From an uncultured Campylobacterales bacterium (GTDB lineage Bacteria > Campylobacterota > Campylobacteria > Campylobacterales > Sulfurovaceae): a DNA stretch of 64,000 nt. How positions within the stretch are numbered: position 1 is the first letter of the stretch; every line of letters starts with the position of its first letter. The stretch is taken from assembly GCA_964520575.1 (NCBI GenBank), contig CAZFNK010000008.1, positions 2,458 to 66,457 of the forward strand, read 5' to 3'. Below, in pieces: positions 35,217 to 45,223 of this stretch. The translations under genes were made by a program, and so were the position numbers. The notes beneath the pieces were generated by a model. It ran no database searches, was not told where the DNA came from, and worked only from the letters and a program-made list of their open reading frames with translations.

Positions 35217-36848
35217 ATGTCCAAGTCCTTCTGGCGATTTTATTCCCCCTTTTTGCCCGGACTTGGTGCCTCGGCTGTGCTTTTTGGTATCGCCGGAGCG
35301 ATCATTGCCACCCTGTTTGGAGAGATAGGCGGTTTCTCCTCCTTGTTCGTGGCATATGACCATCAGATATGGCGCCTGCTGAGTTTTACTCTCTATCAAG
35401 CATTTCTCTCCACACTGCTATCTGTCATTATAGGCATCATCCTCTCATGGGCGCTTGCCAGACAGTCAAGTTTTCCCGGCAGATCTCTTCTTGTGACGCT
35501 TTTTTCCTCATCACTTGTGCTCCCTTCTCTCATCGCAGCTTTTGGGATCATAACAGTACTTGGCAGGCACGGTTGGGTAAACAGCCTCTTGAGCGCTATA
35601 ACCGGTCATACCTTCACAGGCAGTATTTACGGGCTTTTGGGCATACTTATTGCTCATACATATCTCAACGGATCGTTCGCCGCGGTAAATTTCCTCAAAT
35701 CACTTGAGTCTATCCCTGTGGAGAAATACCGTCTGAGCCTCAGTCTCAGACTTACACCCTGGCAGAGGTTTAGGCATATAGAGTGGCAGGCTATCGAGAG
35801 TGCCGTGCTGCCTACCGCTTCAGTGATATTCATGCTCTGTTTTAGTTCGTTTGCCATTGTCCTTCTATTGGGAGGCAACCCGTCATACAACACGCTTGAA
35901 GTAGCAATTTATGAGGCAGTAAGGATTGACTTTGACATACCGCTGGCTGTCAGGATCGCATCCTTGCAGTTAATTATCTCTACGCTTATCATACTTGGCA
36001 GCATGAGATTTAAAGGTAGCCTATCCAATCTCAAACAAAGCTCCAGGCTGATTCCATGGAGAGACCCAAAAGTTTATAGAGTGTTACAAATAATCATCAT
36101 TGCCCTATTTACACTCATCTACACACTTCCTTTTATTGCTATAGTCGTCGAAGGGAGCAGATCGGATATATGGTCGATTCTAAGCAAGGATATTTTTCTG
36201 CGCTCGCTGTGGACAAGCCTTTCTCTTGCTTTGGCATCTGCGCTTATTGCGGTTGCATTATCTCTTGCACTTGCGCAGGCTCAAGCAAGTATATCTGTAG
36301 ATGAAAAAAATGTAAAAGGCAGACTCTCCCGGGCTCTATCTATGATCATACAGCTAAGTGCCAATCTCTATCTCGCTGTTCCTACTATGATAATGGGGCT
36401 GGGTTTTTTCCTTCTGGCCCGTAGTATGGGCGGCGATATATCCTCATATGCTGTTGCCGCTATTATTATAGCCAATGTCCTGATGTCACTACCTTTTGCA
36501 TATGCCGTGCTTACACCTGCATTTAGAAGGGTTTGGAAGCGCTATGGGAGACTGTGCCAGTCTCTGGGACTTAGCCCTTTACAGCAATGGAGATATGCAC
36601 TGTGGCCGTATCTGCGCAATTCCTTATCATATGTTTTTGCTCTATCTTTTGCCCTATCTCTTGGAGATCTTGGAGTCATAGCGCTCTTTGGCAATAAAGA
36701 CATCACAACCCTCCCCTGGTACCTCTATCAACTGATGGGATCGTACCGCAACAGTGATGCCGACGGTGTAGCTCTGATATTGCTGGTTCTGATAATGGTA
36801 TTATTTTCGTTGACTAATCTATTTAGAAAAGGTATAGATCATGCTTGA
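35217..36848 (+). CDS. thiP: thiamine ABC transporter permease
   Basis: 543-aa duplicated 6-TM permease, typical ThiP size and context. Confidence 0.88.
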   Translation: MSKSFWRFYSPFLPGLGASAVLFGIAGAIIATLFGEIGGFSSLFVAYDHQIWRLLSFTLYQAFLSTLLSVIIGIILSWALARQSSFPGRSLLVTLFSSSLVLPSLIAAFGIITVLGRHGWVNSLLSAITGHTFTGSIYGLLGILIAHTYLNGSFAAVNFLKSLESIPVEKYRLSLSLRLTPWQRFRHIEWQAIESAVLPTASVIFMLCFSSFAIVLLLGGNPSYNTLEVAIYEAVRIDFDIPLAVRIASLQLIISTLIILGSMRFKGSLSNLKQSSRLIPWRDPKVYRVLQIIIIALFTLIYTLPFIAIVVEGSRSDIWSILSKDIFLRSLWTSLSLALASALIAVALSLALAQAQASISVDEKNVKGRLSRALSMIIQLSANLYLAVPTMIMGLGFFLLARSMGGDISSYAVAAIIIANVLMSLPFAYAVLTPAFRRVWKRYGRLCQSLGLSPLQQWRYALWPYLRNSLSYVFALSFALSLGDLGVIALFGNKDITTLPWYLYQLMGSYRNSDADGVALILLVLIMVLFSLTNLFRKGIDHA

Positions 36849-37482
36849 GTTGCACGAAGTAAACTATCGTTATGAAAGCAACGGAGAAAATATAACATAT
36901 AGATATGACCTTGATATCTCAGCCGGTGAAGTGGCGGGAATACTTGGTCCAAGCGGCAGCGGCAAATCCACAATGCTTGATCTGATCGCAGGATTTTTAA
37001 CACCTTTTAGCGGAAATATAGTATTCGACGGCAAAGTGATCACCAATCTGCCTCCCGAAAGCAGACCCGTATCGATACTTTTCCAACACCATAATCTGTT
37101 TGAGCATCTAAGTGTCCTGCAAAATGTGTTGATCGGTATCCGTGGAGAAATCAAGGGCAACTCCGATGAGATAGAATTGGCAAAAGATATACTTTCACAA
37201 ATGAACATACTCGATCAAAAGGACAAAAAAGTATCCGATTTATCAGGCGGGCAGCAGCAAAGGGTAGCATTGGCAAGAGTGCTGATCAGAAAAAGGCCCG
37301 TACTGCTGCTGGATGAACCTTTCACCGGACTTGATATAGACACAAGAAAAAAAATGCTTCAATTGGTACGCGATATCACAAAAGAAAACAAACACCATAC
37401 CGTCATGGTCACACACGAAAAAAGCGATTGTGACGATATAGCTGACAAAGTATATACTATGAATAATGGTATTTTGATTTAG
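36841..37482 (+). CDS. thiQ: thiamine ABC transporter ATP-binding protein
   Basis: Walker A GPSGSGKST, signature LSGGQQQRV, Walker B LLLDEP. 8-nt overlap with thiP. Confidence 0.9.
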   Translation: MLELHEVNYRYESNGENITYRYDLDISAGEVAGILGPSGSGKSTMLDLIAGFLTPFSGNIVFDGKVITNLPPESRPVSILFQHHNLFEHLSVLQNVLIGIRGEIKGNSDEIELAKDILSQMNILDQKDKKVSDLSGGQQQRVALARVLIRKRPVLLLDEPFTGLDIDTRKKMLQLVRDITKENKHHTVMVTHEKSDCDDIADKVYTMNNGILI

Positions 37483-37635
37483 AAAAGCCCCTCCCCAAAG
37501 CGGAGAGGCAATAATTGATTAGGAGGACTCTAATCCGAGAGTGTTTCAAAAGGAGACTTGATGAACGATAAAAGAGAAAAATATCCATCACTCCCGGATA
37601 GAATGCAAGTATAGCCAATTTCGGTCACAAATAAG

Positions 37636-37977
37636 TCAAGTCAATTTTCTTATATATTTGTATATCTTGAGTCCCAAAAATATACCGATCGCATCAGCGC
37701 CCAGATCTGCCCATTCGGCACTACGATGAACGGCAAAAAGCTGGGATATCTCAATAAACCCTCCATAGGCAATCAACAAAATCATTGCTTGCCAATAATC
37801 AATACGCCACCCCATACGAAGCAGCAAACCAAGCACCATAAATGCCCCTGTATGATTGAGTTTGTCTGACCAGCTAAAAAGCGGAGCTACCACTTCTCCC
37901 GGCAATATGGACAAAATATAACTGCCAAGCAAAGTGATAATAAAAATCAAACGCCAAAAAAGACTATATTGCCTCAT
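37636..37977 (-). CDS. VanZ-like family membrane protein
   Basis: DKLNHTGAFMVLGLLL and GGFIEISQLF...RSAEWADLGADAIGIFLG motifs. ATG 37977 (MRQYSLFW) is preferred; the track start at 38142 would overlap hemH by 180 nt. Confidence 0.55.
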   Translation of the reverse strand: MRQYSLFWRLIFIITLLGSYILSILPGEVVAPLFSWSDKLNHTGAFMVLGLLLRMGWRIDYWQAMILLIAYGGFIEISQLFAVHRSAEWADLGADAIGIFLGLKIYKYIRKLT

Positions 37978-38902
37978 TAATCCTCTTTGCGATAAAAGCG
38001 GCAAACTTATCATGATCATTTGGACAGCCAACAACCCTATAATCTTCATATCCGATCTTTTCTGCGATCTCTCGATGCTCAATATCAAGCTCAAAGAGTG
38101 TTTCTGAATTATCAACAGTAAAGGAGATCGGATAGACAACAACCCTGGTGTTGGACGGATTTCGTAGCAAGTCGGTCAAGCTTGGCTCAAGCCAGGCCGA
38201 TCTGCCCACTTTTGACTGATATGCGAGTCTGATATTTCTAAACTCAATGCCTCTTGCTCTAAGCTCATCGCTCACTGCGGCGACCTCTGCTTCGACTTGA
38301 TCTTTGTATGGATCGCCCGCTTTTATGATACTCATCGGCAAACCGTGAGCAGAAAAAATCAAATCATACTCTCCCAAATCGACATCAGATGCAGAATCGA
38401 TAATACTTGAAGCCACGATATCAACATAATCCGCATCCTGACCATATGGATCAATTACACTTAGGTCAAACTCATATCCCATAGAAATAGCTTTGGCTTT
38501 TAGATCTTCTACTGACGATAATGTAGTGGTAGTAGAATACTGAGGATACATAGGGAATGCTATGATCCTCTCTATCCCCTTATCTCTAAATTCCTCCAAA
38601 GCTTTATCGGCAAACGGCGGCACATACCTCATGGCCGGTCGCACAGGCAGACCTGAAAGCTTCTCTACTTTTTTGGCAAGCGAGGCCGTGATCTTGGATA
38701 GCGGAGACTTGCCGCCAAGTTGCATATAATTCTCTTTGGCCTCATCAAGCCTGCTCCTGATGATCCTGCTACCAATGAATCTGCGCAATAAAGGATTCAC
38801 GGGGAGTATATTGGGGTCAGAGAACATATTGCGCAAAAACAGCTCTACTTCATCTATATTGTTCGGACCGCCCATATTGAGCAGGAGCACTGCTTGCTTC
38901 AT
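37964..38902 (-). CDS. hemH: ferrochelatase
   Basis: N-terminal VLLLNMGGP motif, 312 aa, overall ferrochelatase layout. Confidence 0.9.
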   Translation of the reverse strand: MKQAVLLLNMGGPNNIDEVELFLRNMFSDPNILPVNPLLRRFIGSRIIRSRLDEAKENYMQLGGKSPLSKITASLAKKVEKLSGLPVRPAMRYVPPFADKALEEFRDKGIERIIAFPMYPQYSTTTTLSSVEDLKAKAISMGYEFDLSVIDPYGQDADYVDIVASSIIDSASDVDLGEYDLIFSAHGLPMSIIKAGDPYKDQVEAEVAAVSDELRARGIEFRNIRLAYQSKVGRSAWLEPSLTDLLRNPSNTRVVVYPISFTVDNSETLFELDIEHREIAEKIGYEDYRVVGCPNDHDKFAAFIAKRINEAI

Positions 38903-38924
38903 ACTGCCTCTCCACCAAATATCA

Positions 38925-41900
38925 TCAGGAGATTTTTCTCAAATACTCAGAGACGGTGTTGTACTCCTCAAACACACCTGAGCAAGTCAAAGATGAATCT
39001 ATAGAACCAAGCACATATACTGAGAGCTCTCGACCCTTGAGCAGCTCAACAAGCATACATTCTTCACTGCCGATTGAGCGTCCGTCTATGATCACATAAT
39101 ACGGGCGCTTTGTTCCGAGAGTCTCGAAGAATTTCTTGATATCATTTTCCACCATAAATTCATAGCCGGCAAAAGTCAGCGCATCTTTATGTATGCGATG
39201 AATCAATTCACTTGAGTTGCTGAACATAAGTATTGATTTTTTATTTGGAGCAAGTGTAGCCTCCCTGGCCTTATCGGTCTCTTCTTTAGACTGATCTGCG
39301 TCATTCTCCTCTGCGCTGATCATGGTTTTTAAAACCTGGCTGAGTTGCCCCAGATTTATTGGCTTGGAAATATAGTCATCAAACCCCTTTCTGAGGTATT
39401 TCTCCCTGTCTCCTTGCAGCGCATTTGCAGTCAAAGCGATAATGGGAGTATGAGACATGCCTTTGTCGTGTTCATGCTCAAGTATCTTTTTGGTAGCCTC
39501 CACTCCGCCCATTACCGGCATCTGAATATCCATCAATACTGCATCAAACTCGCCTGAAATATACTTTTCATAGGCTTCTTGGCCATCGCTTGCAACTGTC
39601 GAATCTATTCCCATATCGCTTAATACCCTAACTATGAGCTTTTGGTTTATTGGATTGTCTTCTGCTACAAGTATCCTAAGTCCGCTGAGAGAAATAGCAG
39701 ATTTGTCCCCATCGTTAGACTCCTGCTTATCTCCGGCAGCGATCATGCTTTCGTAAGCGCGTATGATCTTGGAGGCCGTAAGAGGTCTGTAAATGATCCG
39801 ATCGACTATATGCGATATCTTGTCCGTAAGACTTTTATGCTTGGCGGTGCTAATCAATATTATCTTTTTGTCAAGGCCCAGTAAAATATCTATCTTTTCT
39901 CTTGTTTCTTTGTCGGTATAGTCAAGCAAAAGCACATCAATATCATCTATGGTGTCAAGCTCCTGTTCGCTCACAACTCTATACCGCCCACCGCTTGCAC
40001 GTATATATTGTGCCAAATTGCGTTCCATTTGCCTCAGGGCTGACTCGCCGGAATGAAAATAAGCAAAACTTACCCCCTTGAGTCTCTCTTGGAGATTTTC
40101 ATCATTTCCTGCTATATCAAACGTAAGTTCGAAGTAAAACTCGGACCCCTTGCCCTTTTCACTGGCAACATCAAGCATGCCGCCCATATGACTGATAATA
40201 TCTTTCGTAATCGTCAAGCCAAGCCCTGTGCCCCCAAACTCTCTGGTAGTACTAATATCAGCCTGAGAGAAAGGCTCAAATATCTTTTGTATCTGTTCAG
40301 GTTCTATTCCAATACCGCTGTCCTTGACACTGAAGTGGATAGTTACTTTTCCGTCCTGCTCCCTGATTTTTCTTGCTTCCACATTGACCGAACCGCCCTC
40401 ATTTGTGAACTTTACCGCGTTGCCTATCAGGTTAGTCATCACTTGCATCAATTTGGTAGGATCACCAAGCACTAGAGGCAGCGAAGGATCAATAAAGGCA
40501 CTGTACTCTATCCCTTTTTCGAGAGCTTTTGCCGCATGAGGCTCTATCGCTTTCTCGAGATGCTCTATGATGCTAAACTGTATGGTTTCAAGCTCGATCT
40601 TGCCCGCACGTATTTTGGATAGATCAAGAATATCATTTACGATCTTGAGTAGGTTTTCCGAACTGCCGGCAATAACATCCATGAACTCTTCTTGCTCAGG
40701 ATTGAGAGGAGTGCTTCGCATCAACTGAGTAAAACCGAGTATGCCGTTAAGCGGCGTACGAATCTCATGAGACATATTGGCCAGGAAAAGATCCTTGGTC
40801 TTTTCAGCCTGCAGCGCCCTCTCCTCTGCCGCCCTGGCATCCAGGGCAGTCCTTGACAAAAAGCGATAGATAGCGCTTCTATCCCCTTTGTTTATGATCA
40901 GTTCAAGCTCCTTGCGCCTTTCTTCATCCAGATCACTGACTATCTCTTTCAAGCTCTCTTCAAGTACAAGTTTCTCTTTTCTGCTGCTGCTTAGGGATTT
41001 TAGGACAAGCAACAGAATTATCAAAGACACAAGAGCAGCCGCGAGATACTGCATCAGTCTTAATCTTTTTTGGGCCACAACTTTAGCCGTCAAGATATCG
41101 GTATCTGACGCTACTGCCCTGTGAAGATTATTTATGCGCTCAAGAGCAGTGCCATAAACATCTTCTATCTCATACAGCTTAGTCTCAAATCTGCCATTAC
41201 CGATATGCTCAAAAATATCTCCCCTGATATCGGCCAGATCGCTCTTGATACTTATCATATCATCGCTTTTGAGATAAATCAAATTAGCCGTATTGTTTAT
41301 AAGTTCCTGGAGCGAAAAACCTTTTCCCTCTAGTGCGAGCTCCCAACTCTTCAACTCCTGCATGTCAAGCTTTTTATGTGCTGATATATATGCAGCAGCC
41401 AAAGTTCTCTCATCAAGAATTGATCTGCGTTCAGACAAAATGGCTATAAAATTTTGCATATTTCTCTTTATGCCTGTCTCAACATTTTTGAGATCTTTCC
41501 CCAATACATTATAAAGTTCATTGACAAGGCCGTTGCTTTTTGGATTTGTCAGCATACTGATTTTGCTCTTATCCAGGCTATCAACACTCATGCGCATATT
41601 CTTGATATCGCCCATAAAATTGTTTGCAGCTTGTATGTATGAGTCGCTCAATTTGTATCGAGTGATTCGGTCTATTGTATTTTTAAAAAATTTATCGAGT
41701 CTCTTTCGGCTATCCTCAAGCTCATCCAGATAATTCACACCATTCACACCAAGATACAAGACACTGTAAAATTTCTCTTTTGCATACAGGTTTTCGAGCT
41801 TGGCAATATCAGAAAGTATTTTTATAGTATTGGCGCTTTGTTGGTTTCTGTTCATTTCCAGATATGCATTGAGAGCCTTGTATCCAAAAAACAGCAAAGA

Positions 41901-41951
41901 AAGAATCGATAGGAACACCAACAGATAACTGATACCTTTTTGTCTCATCAT
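38925..41951 (-). CDS. hybrid sensor histidine kinase / response regulator
   Basis: N-terminal TM, a large periplasmic helical region and a second TM. H-box LANMSHEIRTPLNGI, HATPase_c (GGTGLGLTI), a canonical REC (ILVAEDNPINQ...VLMDIQMPVMGG) and two degenerate receiver-like segments. Confidence 0.9.
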   Translation of the reverse strand: MMRQKGISYLLVFLSILSLLFFGYKALNAYLEMNRNQQSANTIKILSDIAKLENLYAKEKFYSVLYLGVNGVNYLDELEDSRKRLDKFFKNTIDRITRYKLSDSYIQAANNFMGDIKNMRMSVDSLDKSKISMLTNPKSNGLVNELYNVLGKDLKNVETGIKRNMQNFIAILSERRSILDERTLAAAYISAHKKLDMQELKSWELALEGKGFSLQELINNTANLIYLKSDDMISIKSDLADIRGDIFEHIGNGRFETKLYEIEDVYGTALERINNLHRAVASDTDILTAKVVAQKRLRLMQYLAAALVSLIILLLVLKSLSSSRKEKLVLEESLKEIVSDLDEERRKELELIINKGDRSAIYRFLSRTALDARAAEERALQAEKTKDLFLANMSHEIRTPLNGILGFTQLMRSTPLNPEQEEFMDVIAGSSENLLKIVNDILDLSKIRAGKIELETIQFSIIEHLEKAIEPHAAKALEKGIEYSAFIDPSLPLVLGDPTKLMQVMTNLIGNAVKFTNEGGSVNVEARKIREQDGKVTIHFSVKDSGIGIEPEQIQKIFEPFSQADISTTREFGGTGLGLTITKDIISHMGGMLDVASEKGKGSEFYFELTFDIAGNDENLQERLKGVSFAYFHSGESALRQMERNLAQYIRASGGRYRVVSEQELDTIDDIDVLLLDYTDKETREKIDILLGLDKKIILISTAKHKSLTDKISHIVDRIIYRPLTASKIIRAYESMIAAGDKQESNDGDKSAISLSGLRILVAEDNPINQKLIVRVLSDMGIDSTVASDGQEAYEKYISGEFDAVLMDIQMPVMGGVEATKKILEHEHDKGMSHTPIIALTANALQGDREKYLRKGFDDYISKPINLGQLSQVLKTMISAEENDADQSKEETDKAREATLAPNKKSILMFSNSSELIHRIHKDALTFAGYEFMVENDIKKFFETLGTKRPYYVIIDGRSIGSEECMLVELLKGRELSVYVLGSIDSSLTCSGVFEEYNTVSEYLRKIS

Positions 41952-42698
41952 CTACCCTTGCAGCTTTTTTGTAAAAGATTTTTTTAGTTGGAGCAATAAT
42001 GACTCCATATGTTCGCTACCAATATTTCCAAGCAACAGTATCGATCTTTGACCAAGTATCTCTTGGAGATTTTTCCATGAATTGGAAATTTTGGAAATGA
42101 TCTTTTTGTCATCATCATTCCAATATTGGTAAGATATGATAGAAGAGAGTCCATTCTCAAAATCGTTTATATTCTTTTCAAGCTGAGACGATTTTTCATT
42201 GTCTTTACCGACATAAGTATACTCAAGGATCAAATCAGCAAGTATTTGTCTGGAATTGTCTAGCAAGAACGCTATTTTTTGTTCGGGAGACAATGCCATA
42301 AGCATTTGGGGCAGCTTGCTATTTAGCTCCTCTTGCAGTTCTCTTTTGATTTTTACCAGTTTGGCCAGCTTATTGTTTTCAATGTTTGAGCCCGAAAGCG
42401 AACTGATGATATATTTTGCTTTGGCAAAAAGTTCAATAGTCCTGGCCCCTGTACTGCTTTTCAGATCAACACTTAGATGTCGCATCGCGTTACTGAAGGT
42501 TTTCGCACTTTGGGCAGCCTGGAAGCCAAAATAAACTTTTCTTGGAAAAGAGTTGCCCAGTGCATAATATTTGATGGACGAATTCATAGCATACTCAAGT
42601 TCACTTATTTTCTCCAAAAATAAAAAACTTCTTTTTGGCTCCGCATGCCCTGATGTGATTACAAACAGAAGCATTGCCCATATCAATATTACTTTCAA
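41952..42698 (-). CDS. hypothetical periplasmic helical protein co-transcribed with the hybrid kinase
   Basis: Signal peptide MKVILIWAMLLFVITSGHA. Its stop codon abuts the kinase ATG (41952/41951). No family recognised. Confidence 0.6.
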   Translation of the reverse strand: MKVILIWAMLLFVITSGHAEPKRSFLFLEKISELEYAMNSSIKYYALGNSFPRKVYFGFQAAQSAKTFSNAMRHLSVDLKSSTGARTIELFAKAKYIISSLSGSNIENNKLAKLVKIKRELQEELNSKLPQMLMALSPEQKIAFLLDNSRQILADLILEYTYVGKDNEKSSQLEKNINDFENGLSSIISYQYWNDDDKKIISKISNSWKNLQEILGQRSILLLGNIGSEHMESLLLQLKKSFTKKLQG

Positions 42699-42778
42699 TA
42701 CATACTCCTTATGCTTTTAAAAATAATAAAAAATAACTTGAAAAAATTATACCAAATAAATGTCAAGTTTTGGACAAA

Positions 42779-43360
42779 TCAAAATCTGGCATCAGCCAAT
42801 GTCAGTGCAAAAAGTACACTTATCCCCTCTTTTGAGAGTATATCGTATGCCTCCTGAAGCGTACTGCCGGTGGTGACGATATCATCGACAAGTATGACTT
42901 CGGTGTCAAAATTGGCATTGACCCTATAATCTCTGGGATGGCTTAGACGATACTTCAGACTTTTGCCGGCATAACTGACTCTATTTTGCGCTAACAGTCC
43001 CGAGTGGACTACATTTATCTTAGGGTTTTTGACCCAATGTGTCAACAAGGAAGTATGAGAATATCCGCTTCCTATATATTCATCTATACCGACAACTGAA
43101 ACAGTCTGAGATATATTTTTGCCAAAATCATCCAAAAAAGGTGCGATAAATTTTCTGCCGAAATATTTGTATATCCTGTAACCAACAGGTGTATGCTTGC
43201 TCAACAAAAAAGGCTCTATACTCTTATATCCAAAAAGACTCACTACCTCAAGAGTCCCAACTTTTCGCCTGCTTATCTCCGGCCCAAAATACCTCTCTAA
43301 GCATTCGGAGCAGAAAATCTCTCTTGATAATTTATGACAGCTGTAGCAACGCATATGCAA
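42779..43360 (-). CDS. comFC: ComF-family phosphoribosyltransferase-like protein
   Basis: N-terminal CxxC...CxxC zinc finger (CYSCHK...CSEC) and PRTase motif VILVDDIVTTGST. Confidence 0.75.
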   Translation of the reverse strand: MHMRCYSCHKLSREIFCSECLERYFGPEISRRKVGTLEVVSLFGYKSIEPFLLSKHTPVGYRIYKYFGRKFIAPFLDDFGKNISQTVSVVGIDEYIGSGYSHTSLLTHWVKNPKINVVHSGLLAQNRVSYAGKSLKYRLSHPRDYRVNANFDTEVILVDDIVTTGSTLQEAYDILSKEGISVLFALTLADARF

Positions 43361-43443
43361 ATTTTATCTGACTTGCGATGAGTTTTAACTTGGGTTAAGA
43401 GACTTTGGATATATTCACGAAAAATTTATTCAAGGAATCACCA

Positions 43444-43731
43444 ATGATACCTTTTGATGATGAAGATCTTTGCATCGCTATCAAAAACTATCTGCCCGAG
43501 ATTGAAAAATATGTCGCCTCACATAACGGCACAATGCGCTATCTCGGTGTAAAAGACAGTATCACTTATATAGAACTCGGCGGCAGCTGCAATGGATGCT
43601 CTATGAGTACGCTCACTACCAAGATGGTAGTGCAGAAAAAACTCCGGGAACTTATACATCCTGAGCTGACCGTAGAGAGCATTTTCCCTGGACAGGAGGA
43701 TCAACTGCCTGACGGACTTGTGGACTGCTGA
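43444..43731 (+). CDS. NifU C-terminal-domain (Nfu-type) Fe-S scaffold protein
   Basis: The GGSCNGCSMSTLTTKMVVQKKL CxxC motif. ATG 43444 with an AAGGA RBS is preferred over the TTG at 43405. Confidence 0.75.
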   Translation: MIPFDDEDLCIAIKNYLPEIEKYVASHNGTMRYLGVKDSITYIELGGSCNGCSMSTLTTKMVVQKKLRELIHPELTVESIFPGQEDQLPDGLVDC

Positions 43732-44039
43732 TCAAAAGACCAGAAAAGACTCTCAAAGCCTATAATTTTGCCTTGGCGAACCAAAACTCCCTCCTTTTGC
43801 AGGAGTGATATCTTGGTAGATACGCCCTCTCCGCCGCTGTAGTTTCCTATATTGCCGTTTGCAGGCACTACCCTGTGGCACGGTACTTCGGGAGCATAAG
43901 GATTTTTCCCTACCGCGCTTCCCACGGCTCTGATGGCTTTGGTATCGAGATATCTTGCTATCTCTGAATAGGTAGTGACTCTTCCTTTGGGTATCAGCTT
44001 TAGAGCTTCCCATACTTTTTGCTGAAATTCTGTGGGCAA
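43701..44039 (-). CDS. MGMT-family protein (methylated-DNA-protein-cysteine methyltransferase DNA-binding/active-site domain only)
   Basis: PCHRVV active-site motif. I place the start at TTG 44039, 6 nt after AAGGAG (rc of 44046-44051). The track start at 44111 adds a hydrophobic leader and overlaps the divergent lipoprotein gene. Confidence 0.7.
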   Translation of the reverse strand: MPTEFQQKVWEALKLIPKGRVTTYSEIARYLDTKAIRAVGSAVGKNPYAPEVPCHRVVPANGNIGNYSGGEGVSTKISLLQKEGVLVRQGKIIGFESLFWSFDQQSTSPSGS

Positions 44040-44097
44040 GAGCTTCTCCTTAATCTTTATCTGATAAAATAGTACCCAAAAAGCAAGGATCGACGCA

Positions 44098-44466
44098 ATG
44101 TCCAAAAACATATTTTTTTTGCCGGTAGCAGCTATCTTAATCGCATTTACGGTCAGTGGTTGTATACCCTCTCACAATAGATGTTTTAAAGGGATGGAAA
44201 AACTTGGATACTATTGCTACAAGAACTATAACTACGGTAGAAATCTCTCTGAAAATTACAAAAAGGGAGTTAGAGACGGCTGTCGCACCGGTGAAGGACA
44301 TTTTGTAAGAGACTACTCTCTCTCAGCTGTTTCCGAAGACTACAAAAAGGGTTGGGATGCAGGACGAGCTACCTGCAAACTCATTATTCCTGAAGAAGCA
44401 AAGCCAGGCATGAGAACACAGTACCAGCAGGATATAGATCAAAATAAGTTAGAAAATAAAAATTAG
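44098..44466 (+). CDS. hypothetical lipoprotein
   Basis: Signal peptide with lipobox FTVSGC. 122 aa. Confidence 0.6.
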   Translation: MSKNIFFLPVAAILIAFTVSGCIPSHNRCFKGMEKLGYYCYKNYNYGRNLSENYKKGVRDGCRTGEGHFVRDYSLSAVSEDYKKGWDAGRATCKLIIPEEAKPGMRTQYQQDIDQNKLENKN

Positions 44467-44486
44467 AAATCAGAAAATTTCAAACT

Positions 44487-45155
44487 CTAAATATAATTGA
44501 TTGGATCTTTGACTCCTGCCTCCTCGAATCCTTTGAGCCTTAGACGGCAACTATCGCATACTCCGCACGCTTTATCGCTATTTTTGTAGCAACTCCAGGT
44601 ATGGCCCAGATCAACACCAAGCTCCAGGGCTTTACGGACTATATCTGATTTTTTCAGATGTACAAGAGGCATTTTGATCTCTATGCTTGTCTCATCTTTG
44701 GTGCCCATGTCAACGGCCCTTTCCATAGCCTCTATGTAGCTCTCTTTGCAGTCTGGATAGCCGCTGCTGTCCTCTTCTACCACACCTATGTATATCGCTT
44801 TGGCATTGTGTTTTTCGGCTATTGCAGAGGCAATGGAGAGGAAAATACCGTTTCTAAATGGCACATAAGTCACCGGCACACCCTCTTCTATCCCTCCGGT
44901 TGGAACTTCTATGCTCTGGTCAGTCAGTGCCGAAGCACCTATCTGCTCAAAAAACGGCAGATTTATCTCATACTTTTCCATCACTCCAAGATCATCGGCA
45001 ATCTCTCTGAATGCCGCAAGCTCTCTCTCCTGGGTTAGTTGACCGTAGTTGAAATGTACAGCTATGATCCCATACCCGGTCTGTGCCGCGATAGCAGCGG
45101 AGACTGCACTGTCCATGCCTCCAGATATGATACATACGGCTTTTTTCTTCTCCAT
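44487..45155 (-). CDS. queC: 7-cyano-7-deazaguanine synthase
   Basis: PP-loop CIISGGMDSAV and the C-terminal Zn-binding cysteines CGVCDSC. Confidence 0.93.
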   Translation of the reverse strand: MEKKKAVCIISGGMDSAVSAAIAAQTGYGIIAVHFNYGQLTQERELAAFREIADDLGVMEKYEINLPFFEQIGASALTDQSIEVPTGGIEEGVPVTYVPFRNGIFLSIASAIAEKHNAKAIYIGVVEEDSSGYPDCKESYIEAMERAVDMGTKDETSIEIKMPLVHLKKSDIVRKALELGVDLGHTWSCYKNSDKACGVCDSCRLRLKGFEEAGVKDPINYI

Positions 45156-45223
45156 CGAATAATCCTTATATGTTTTATCTTGCCAAGAAGAGCGATTTTA
45201 CCCGATTTTGGGTAAAATTCGGC

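Noticed and set aside
37978-38142. Long N-terminal extension of the VanZ-like ORF (track start 38142)
   Set aside because: It would overlap the hemH 3' end by about 180 nt in another frame. An internal ATG at 37977 gives a typical VanZ-size protein.
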